A stretch of 64,000 nt of DNA from contig OZ244905.1 in assembly GCA_965221695.1 (NCBI GenBank), positions 1,408,001-1,472,000 of the forward strand, read 5' to 3'. Made by a program: the position numbers and the translations under genes. This document shows positions 57,818 through 64,000 of the stretch, piece by piece. How positions within the stretch are numbered: position 1 is the stretch's first letter; each line of letters begins with the position of its first letter. Below the pieces are notes generated by a model. It had not been told where the DNA came from. It searched no databases and worked only from the letters and a program-made list of their open reading frames with translations. The DNA comes from Gammaproteobacteria bacterium. Its GTDB lineage: Bacteria > Pseudomonadota > Gammaproteobacteria > Eutrophobiales > Eutrophobiaceae.

Positions 57818-58105
57818 TTATTCGATAACGCCCATGATGTCGTCTTCACGCATCACCAGCAGTTCTTCACCATCAATTTTTACTTCCGTGCCCGAGTACT
57901 TGCCAAACAGGATCTTATCGCCCTTCTTGACATCCAGGCCGCGGACTTCACCGCTATCCAGGATCTTGCCGTTGCCGACGGCAACAATTTCACCCTGAAT
58001 TGGCTTTTCAGTGGCGCTGTCTGGAATCACGATGCCGCCAGGGGACATCTTTTCCTCTTCCAGACGCCGAACGACCACACGGTCGTGTAATGGTCTGATA
58101 TTCAT
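57818..58105 (-). CDS. groS: Co-chaperonin GroES
   Basis: [25 protein letters not shown]. Confidence 0.99.
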   Translation of the reverse strand: MNIRPLHDRVVVRRLEEEKMSPGGIVIPDSATEKPIQGEIVAVGNGKILDSGEVRGLDVKKGDKILFGKYSGTEVKIDGEELLVMREDDIMGVIE

Positions 58106-58159
58106 ATATTGATTACCTCCTATTAACTAATCTGTCGTGGTATGAATACATGATTATTA

Positions 58160-58186
58160 TTAGCACTCTAATTAAGCGAGTGCTGA
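58160..58186. promoter_or_regulatory. CIRCE element (HrcA operator)
   Basis: TTAGCACTC-N9-GAGTGCTGA, one mismatch from consensus, upstream of groES. Confidence 0.88.
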
Positions 58187-58289
58187 TAATATAGGGGTAT
58201 AATCTGAAAAGTCAATAAAAAAATCCCGTCCACTCCTGAATTCGGCGCGTTTCGCTTCTGTGTCCGCTGGCTTCCCGGCAGCGCCGGTG

Positions 58290-58652
58290 TCACAAGATAA
58301 GGCTCAGGATCATCGCGGCAACGCCGAAGAGATTGATCACAATGGCTGACGCCCAAGCGCTGCGTGAAAAATAGTGTTTTTCATCGTAACCGACCAGGTG
58401 CCGATAAATGCCAAACCTGCTGATCAGCAACAGGAACAGTAGCAGTAGCGCAGTCCGGACGCCGGCGCCGAGCAGAGTTTCTCCAACATAAACCAGGTAC
58501 AACAGGGTCAGAAACATGATCCCTGACACTGGATCAGTCGGTGACAGAGAACGTCCTGTTACGTCATTCACACCCACGCTCAAGACGTTATAACCAATCG
58601 CCAAAATGAAATACGCGTTGACCGCCACATCTATTATGTTTGTTTCCTGCAT
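58290..58652 (-). CDS. Hypothetical 4-TM membrane protein
   Basis: Hydrophobic ORF with no recognised motif; start uncertain. Confidence 0.6.
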   Translation of the reverse strand: MQETNIIDVAVNAYFILAIGYNVLSVGVNDVTGRSLSPTDPVSGIMFLTLLYLVYVGETLLGAGVRTALLLLFLLLISRFGIYRHLVGYDEKHYFSRSAWASAIVINLFGVAAMILSLIL

Positions 58653-58754
58653 GGAATTTCTCCCGTAGATTATTCTCGGCTTGGCCGATATCTTACTAAA
58701 ATCAGGTTTCTGCACTTACTTGTAACTGCCGGCAAAGGTCAGGACATTCCCCCG

Positions 58755-58849
58755 CGCCACTCCCGCCCCTGCTCAACGCTATCCATGAGCAAGCTGAGAA
58801 GCGGGAGTCCAGTGAAATATACTGTCGCCCGCAGGGCAACCCTTTTTGT
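58755..58849. repeat. ATTCCCG-family element, partial copy with expanded loop
   Basis: ccactcccgcccctgctcaacgc...gaagcgggagtccagt...gtcgcccgcagggcaac, similar to the 45999 copy. Confidence 0.65.
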
Positions 58850-58905
58850 ATAATAGGATATGCGATGAATGACTATCGCAGGACGCTACAGACAAGACTT
58901 ATACA

Positions 58906-59922
58906 ATGAAATTTGCGAGTATAAGATACGAAAATAAGGACAGAGTCGTTGTCCGCTTTGATGACCTGTACGCGCTCGAACTGGAAACACTACTGACTTT
59001 GACAACGTCAAAGTACGCGGGATTGGCGTGGGAAAACATGATGAGTGTTATCCGGGCCGGGCCGATATTACTGGATGATATCAATACAGCCCTGGAGAAA
59101 TTCAAGCAGGTCCGCAACCACACACAATTCATACCGCTGGCGGATGCCGACTGGCATCCACCCATACGCAATCCGGGAAAGATTTGTGGTATCGCGATGA
59201 ATAACTCCGCCAGTAATGAGCGCAAAATCAGCGCCCCTGATCATCCCGCGTTCTTTTTGAAGCCGGCTTCCTGCCTGGTCGGACACAAGCAAGCAATAAA
59301 AATCAGATCCTATTACGGCAGTGTGCATCCTGAGCCGGAATTAGCGGTCATTATCGGTAAGGAGAGCCGGGATGTTGCTGCGAAGAATGCGCTGGATTAC
59401 GTATTTGGTTACAGCATCTTCAACGATATTACCAGCAACGGGATGCGCGCCGAAGACCTGTTCCATTATTGGGCGAACTATGCGAAAAAAGACCAGCCGA
59501 ACGAGACGGAACGCATTGAGCAACATCTCTCCTATGCGGGTCGTTACAAGGGCAGCGATACCTTTGGCAGTCTGGGTCCTTGGTTGGTAACAAAAGATGC
59601 TGTTAAACAACCCGATGATCTGACTGTCCGTTGCAGCATGGGCAATGATGTCGTCGCAGAGGACAACACCTGTTATTATAATTTCAAAGTGGCCGAAATC
59701 ATCAGTTTCATCAGCCAGTTCCAAACCCTGCAGGTGGGCGATATCATAGCCTGTGGCACAGCATTCAAACCATCCGCAAACCGAAAATCCATCCATAGCG
59801 CAAATTTTCAAATCATGGCTGGTCCGGTAGTGGTCAGTATTGAAGGATTGGGCACACTGACAAACCCGATTATCAAGGAACGTAAAGAGATAGGTCAATG
59901 GCGGCTGAGTCAGAGCGGTTGA
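58906..59922 (+). CDS. Fumarylacetoacetate hydrolase family protein
   Basis: PGKICGIAMN, FFLKP, HPEPELAVIIG, GYSIFNDIT, LGPWLVT, GDIIACGT. Confidence 0.85.
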   Translation: MKFASIRYENKDRVVVRFDDLYALELETLLTLTTSKYAGLAWENMMSVIRAGPILLDDINTALEKFKQVRNHTQFIPLADADWHPPIRNPGKICGIAMNNSASNERKISAPDHPAFFLKPASCLVGHKQAIKIRSYYGSVHPEPELAVIIGKESRDVAAKNALDYVFGYSIFNDITSNGMRAEDLFHYWANYAKKDQPNETERIEQHLSYAGRYKGSDTFGSLGPWLVTKDAVKQPDDLTVRCSMGNDVVAEDNTCYYNFKVAEIISFISQFQTLQVGDIIACGTAFKPSANRKSIHSANFQIMAGPVVVSIEGLGTLTNPIIKERKEIGQWRLSQSG

Positions 59923-59967
59923 TATTTATCGATTCTCCGCTACTCAGCATATCTCTCAGGCGACTTG

Positions 59968-60570
59968 CTATGGGCGCTTCCGCAACCGCATCCCGGCGAA
60001 CAGTTGCTCGCTGCTCAGTAACTGCGCAGTCCAGTTGTCGAGGATTTCAAAATAGATATCCAGGTGTTTTTCCCATGGCGCGGCGCCAGTGCAGTCCTTG
60101 ATAATGACCGTTGGGATGTCCCGGGCAAACGCATCTCTTGCAGCGCTGCTGATGGCGTTGTTCACACTCAACCCGCATAACAGTAAAACATCGGCATTGA
60201 AAGATTCCAGCAAGTCGGAGAGCGCGCCACCCCAAAATGGGCTGGGACGGTTACGACTGATAAACATATCCGCGCTTGCAGTGTGCAGACGCTTATCCCA
60301 TTTCACCCAATCGGAAGAAGCGCAAAAAAAACCTTGTTGCACGATTGGATTATCCTTTAGCAACCCTGCGTCTGAAAGGTCATCGGCCAGAACATAGCTT
60401 GAAAAAACAACAGGGATCTGTTTAGCACGCATTCGCGCCAGCAGGGCATTCACGTTTGCAATCAATTTATCCGACGCAGCATTCTCAAAAGGTCCATTAG
60501 CGCTGGTAAACAACTCTTGCAGGTCCAAAACCAATGCCAGGGGACGCGAATTTTCCAGGTTGAATTTCAT
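59968..60570 (-). CDS. Isochorismatase-family hydrolase (atypical active site)
   Basis: ALVLDLQ, RNRPSPF, LLCGLSVNNAISSAARDAF. Confidence 0.75.
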   Translation of the reverse strand: MKFNLENSRPLALVLDLQELFTSANGPFENAASDKLIANVNALLARMRAKQIPVVFSSYVLADDLSDAGLLKDNPIVQQGFFCASSDWVKWDKRLHTASADMFISRNRPSPFWGGALSDLLESFNADVLLLCGLSVNNAISSAARDAFARDIPTVIIKDCTGAAPWEKHLDIYFEILDNWTAQLLSSEQLFAGMRLRKRP

Positions 60571-60600
60571 ATTTCCTGTTTGTGTAGAATACTGATTAAT

Positions 60601-60870
60601 TTAATGAATTCTGAAACTATCAAAAAACTGCAACTCGGTTTCTTCGCATTCCAGTTTCAGTACTTTCGCTGTATCCGGGCCGTGTCTCAACCATGCCTGA
60701 AACATGCTGAGCATGGCCACATCGCCTGTTGCCTGACCAACGACGCTGCCATCGGGCAAGTTCTTTATCCATCCCGTAAGGCCTGATAGCCGCGCCTGTT
60801 CCCGGGCCGATTGGCGAAAGAATACTCCTTGAACACGGCCGCTTACTCTGAAGGAGCAGGTTTTTTTCAT
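60601..60870 (-). CDS. acyP: Acylphosphatase
   Basis: VSGRVQGVFFR, GWIKNLPDGSV. Confidence 0.92.
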   Translation of the reverse strand: MKKTCSFRVSGRVQGVFFRQSAREQARLSGLTGWIKNLPDGSVVGQATGDVAMLSMFQAWLRHGPDTAKVLKLECEETELQFFDSFRIH

Positions 60871-60966
60871 GTATATTTCGTAACAGGAGCCGCGCCGTAT
60901 GGCGCTTATGGATACGCCTGTATACGCGCTTCAGGAATCAGTTTGGAATTAGAATAGAATCACCGC

Positions 60967-62154
60967 TCAACCTGTCTGTTGATAATGCTTCATCAAGATA
61001 CGCGCTACTTCGGGGCGGGCGAATTCTTCCGGTAGCGGTTCGCCTGCGGCGAGCATTTCTCGCACTTTGGTGCCAGACAGCAAGACGAAATCCTCCGCGC
61101 TGTGGTCCGGGACATCGCGCATCATCACCACCCGATTCAGTTTTTTGGAGTACGCGGTGTGGTCGGCTTCGAATATCTCGATCGCCAACGCGCCCTCCAA
61201 GGCCGGCTCATGGAAAATAGCCTGGGCGTCGAACGGGCCGTAATAATTGCCAACTCCGGCATGGTCACGACCCACGATTAAATGGCTGCAACCGGCATTC
61301 TGGCGAAACACGGCATGCAGCGCTGCCTCGCGTGGGCCGGCGTAAAGCATATCGAAACCGTAGCCGCTCACCTTTACGGTGTTCTCCGGGAAGTACAGTT
61401 CAACCATTTTCCGTATTGCCGCATCGCGCACATCAGCGGGGATGTCTCCCGGTTTCAATTTCCCCAACAGCATGTGAATTAAGATACCATCCGCATTGAC
61501 CGCCTGTTTGGCCATCTTGCATAGCTCTTCGTGCGCCCGGTGCATAGGATTTCGGGTTTGAAAGGCGACGACCCGTTTCCAGCCATTGGCTGCAATGGCA
61601 GCGCGGATCTGCGTCGCCGTCATGAAGGTGTCCGGAAAATCCCGCTCGAAATAACTGTAATTCAAGACCTCCACGGGGCCGGCGATGAGCTGGTTTCCAG
61701 ACGAGATAAATGTTGCCACGCCGGGGTGTTCCGGGTCCGTGGTCCCGAAAACTTTTTCTGTGATGAAGGCCAACTGGTTTTCCGAGAGAGTTGCTATCTC
61801 GATCACAGTCTGTACCGCAAGTATCGGATGACCTTCTACGTTCGGGTCCCGAAGCGCGATCCGAGCGTTGCCGCGCGCCACACTCGCGTCCTTGCTGAGA
61901 TTGAGACACGGAGTTGGCCAGAACAGTCCGTCAGTGGCGCGCATATTCTCCGCGACGCTAAGCGCGTCGGCGACGCCCATATAACCCGGCAACGGCGAGA
62001 AATACCCAGCGCCCAACATCACTGCATTGGCTGCAGCCGCCGAGTTCAACAATAATTGCGGGAGCGTTTCCGCTTCCTCAAGCAGCGCCTGACGCGCAGC
62101 CTCATCCTCGACGAACAACGGTTGCAGTTCGTTGGTTCCGTGTGGTTTTATCAT
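60967..62154 (-). CDS. sat: Sulfate adenylyltransferase (homo-oligomeric Sat)
   Basis: MIKPHG, AFQTRNPMHRAHE, YAGPREA, GRDHAGVG, LSGTKVR. Confidence 0.95.
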   Translation of the reverse strand: MIKPHGTNELQPLFVEDEAARQALLEEAETLPQLLLNSAAAANAVMLGAGYFSPLPGYMGVADALSVAENMRATDGLFWPTPCLNLSKDASVARGNARIALRDPNVEGHPILAVQTVIEIATLSENQLAFITEKVFGTTDPEHPGVATFISSGNQLIAGPVEVLNYSYFERDFPDTFMTATQIRAAIAANGWKRVVAFQTRNPMHRAHEELCKMAKQAVNADGILIHMLLGKLKPGDIPADVRDAAIRKMVELYFPENTVKVSGYGFDMLYAGPREAALHAVFRQNAGCSHLIVGRDHAGVGNYYGPFDAQAIFHEPALEGALAIEIFEADHTAYSKKLNRVVMMRDVPDHSAEDFVLLSGTKVREMLAAGEPLPEEFARPEVARILMKHYQQTG

Positions 62155-62160
62155 GGGGAA

Positions 62161-62580
62161 CTACGACTCGGCGCTGCCGTGATACCTGTCCATCTTCTGA
62201 TTCAAGGTATCAATATCCATTTTCATAACATCAATGTCCTCTTTCATTACATCAATATCTATCTTCATCACATCAATATCCTTTTTCATCACATCGATAT
62301 CCTGTTTCATGACATCGATATCCATTTTCATCACAACAATGTCCTTTTTCATTATCTCAATGTCTTTTTTCATTATATCGATGTCCATCTGCATTAGCGC
62401 GATACGCGTGCCTACCTCCGATAAAGCCTGCTTCAGGTCCTGGATGGAGCTGATAAGATAAAGGCTCAAGGATACGCCGACGACAACAACAAACCCCAGA
62501 AACCAATCATGATATTTGATACTGGTTTGCAGTCTTTCCACATCAAGCGCCAAGGTGTCACGATGAAATTCAGTAGCCAT
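62161..62580 (-). CDS. Membrane-anchored heptad-repeat coiled-coil protein
   Basis: One TM segment followed by 9 MKxDIDV-type heptads; GGAGGA RBS upstream. Confidence 0.75.
   Translation of the reverse strand: MATEFHRDTLALDVERLQTSIKYHDWFLGFVVVVGVSLSLYLISSIQDLKQALSEVGTRIALMQMDIDIMKKDIEIMKKDIVVMKMDIDVMKQDIDVMKKDIDVMKIDIDVMKEDIDVMKMDIDTLNQKMDRYHGSAES
62206..62394 (-). repeat. 21-bp coding tandem repeat, 9 imperfect units
   Basis: ATGAAA-NNN-GAYATYGATGT-like units. Confidence 0.85.
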
Positions 62581-62762
62581 TATCAGATCCTCCTGTTCTC
62601 CGTTATACTGCTGATGATTCTTCGTTAAGGGAAGCCCATTATAGACGCTCCGTCATTTCATGTACAGAATATTTTCCATCATGATAATTCAGAAAGCTCT
62701 GAGACTTTATCAGAGATTCCTTGCTTGAAGACGGAGTGTTTTGCAGGAGGACGGCCGCGCAT

Positions 62763-63338
62763 TCAATACCGCGTCTTTGGCCCCTGTACGAATTCATGGC
62801 CTGCGCTGTTGCGGATAATATCCCCGGTATGCAGCCGGTAGTGACTGTTCTCCCGATCCTCAAAGTAGAATTTCAGTGAATATCGGATCGTGGTGAATGC
62901 CAACTGCTCCCATGGAATTTCGTCCTGGGTAAACAGCGCCACTTCCTGGCTCTCTGCCCCGGCAGAGAAATTCAGGTCCATGAGGTTCGAATTGAACATC
63001 AGGTAAACCTGGTTGACTTGCGGCAAATTGAATACCGCAAACAGGTTGACTATTTCCACTCTTGCGTTGGCCTCCTCCAGGGTCTCACGCAACGCTGCGG
63101 CCTGAGAGGTTTCGTCCAACTCCATGAAACCGGCCGGCAGCGTCCAATAGCCGTAACGAGGCTCAATTGCGCGTTTACACAGCAGCACCTTGTCTTCCCA
63201 AACCGGGATACAACCGGCGACTATCTTCGGGTTTTGGTAGTGGACCACATCGCAGGAGGAACAAACATAGCGCAGGCGATCATCGTCCGGTGGAACCTTA
63301 AGCGCCACCTGGGCGCCGCAGGCGCTGCAATAATTCAT
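62763..63338 (-). CDS. NUDIX hydrolase with N-terminal zinc ribbon
   Basis: YCSACG...CSSC..HYQNPK, WTLPAGFME..E....AALRETLEEA. Confidence 0.9.
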   Translation of the reverse strand: MNYCSACGAQVALKVPPDDDRLRYVCSSCDVVHYQNPKIVAGCIPVWEDKVLLCKRAIEPRYGYWTLPAGFMELDETSQAAALRETLEEANARVEIVNLFAVFNLPQVNQVYLMFNSNLMDLNFSAGAESQEVALFTQDEIPWEQLAFTTIRYSLKFYFEDRENSHYRLHTGDIIRNSAGHEFVQGPKTRY

Positions 63339-63958
63339 TAACCGGCGCCCTTTTCCAGTAACGGATAAAGATCCGGCCAGATGATGTCCAGCATCATTTC
63401 CTGAGCCTCGGTTGTGGGATGAATGCCATCGTCTTGCATCAAATCGGGATTGTCGGCGATATTATCCAGGATAAATCGTGTCAGTCTCACATTATCCCGC
63501 AAGCCCAGGCGTTTGTATATGCTCACAAATCTTTCGATATACGCATTCCCGTAATTGGGTGGCAACAGCATTTCAACCAACACAATCCGGCTGCCCACGG
63601 CAGAGATTTTATCGATGATGGCGGACAGGTTGGCCCTGATTTCTTCCAAAGGGATACCTCTGAGACCGTCATTGCCGCCCAGCTCAACGATGGTGATATC
63701 TGGCGTCATCTGCTTTAGAATAGCATCGAGACGCGTATTTGCCCCATGGGTAGTGTCGCCGCTGATGCTGGCATTGATAACCTGATAGCGATAACCGGCG
63801 CGCGCCAGCCGCTCGCGCAACAGGGACACCCAGCCCGCTTGCGCATCAATCCCGTAGGCCGCGCTGAGGCTGTCGCCCAGGATCAGGAGAGTCTTTTCCG
63901 TACCGGGGGCGGACAATGGCGCTGATAAAATCACTGTAAAAATAATCAACCGCAACAT
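63338..63958 (-). CDS. tesA: Arylesterase / acyl-CoA thioesterase I (SGNH family)
   Basis: GDSLSAAYG, NASISGDTT, ELGGNDGLRG, DGIHP. Confidence 0.9.
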   Translation of the reverse strand: MLRLIIFTVILSAPLSAPGTEKTLLILGDSLSAAYGIDAQAGWVSLLRERLARAGYRYQVINASISGDTTHGANTRLDAILKQMTPDITIVELGGNDGLRGIPLEEIRANLSAIIDKISAVGSRIVLVEMLLPPNYGNAYIERFVSIYKRLGLRDNVRLTRFILDNIADNPDLMQDDGIHPTTEAQEMMLDIIWPDLYPLLEKGAG

Positions 63959-64000
63959 GGAACAATCCTCAAATTTCATTATCCGGGCAGAAAACCTGAG

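Noticed and set aside
62056-62461. His-rich and Ser/Ile-rich repeat ORFs on the + strand
   Set aside because: These are antisense shadows of the 21-bp repeat; the minus frame has an RBS, a TM segment and a coherent heptad pattern.

Overview
A 64-kb stretch of mostly core chromosome from a GC-rich Gammaproteobacterium. The lineage is inferred from gene order such as hslVU-DUF971-ubiEJB, ilvIH-ilvC-pssA, proS-arsC-wrbA/hda-DUF2066-purM, glnA-ntrBC, lptM-lysA, trxA-rho and groESL. Accessory genes are scattered among these: a RES/Xre toxin-antitoxin pair lying between two C1-cofactor-type ATP-grasp ligase genes, an RND pump, a TonB receptor-amidase-MFS cluster, a C5-methyltransferase with vsr but no restriction endonuclease, and a sulfur-oxidiser-type sat preceded by a heptad-repeat membrane protein. 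I found no rRNA, tRNA, CRISPR array or transposase. The most unusual signals are non-coding. First, a dispersed 151-bp five-hairpin element with IS5-like ends shows compensatory base-pair changes between copies, gains and loses whole hairpins, and carries a hairpin matching the CsrA SELEX consensus (RUACARGGAUGU). Second, a ~210-nt GC-rich, multi-branched RNA-like segment with its own promoter-like motif lies between ilvI and proS. There is also an apparently leaderless pair of tiny membrane-protein ORFs missed by the ORF track. All calls were made by eye and no database searches were run.
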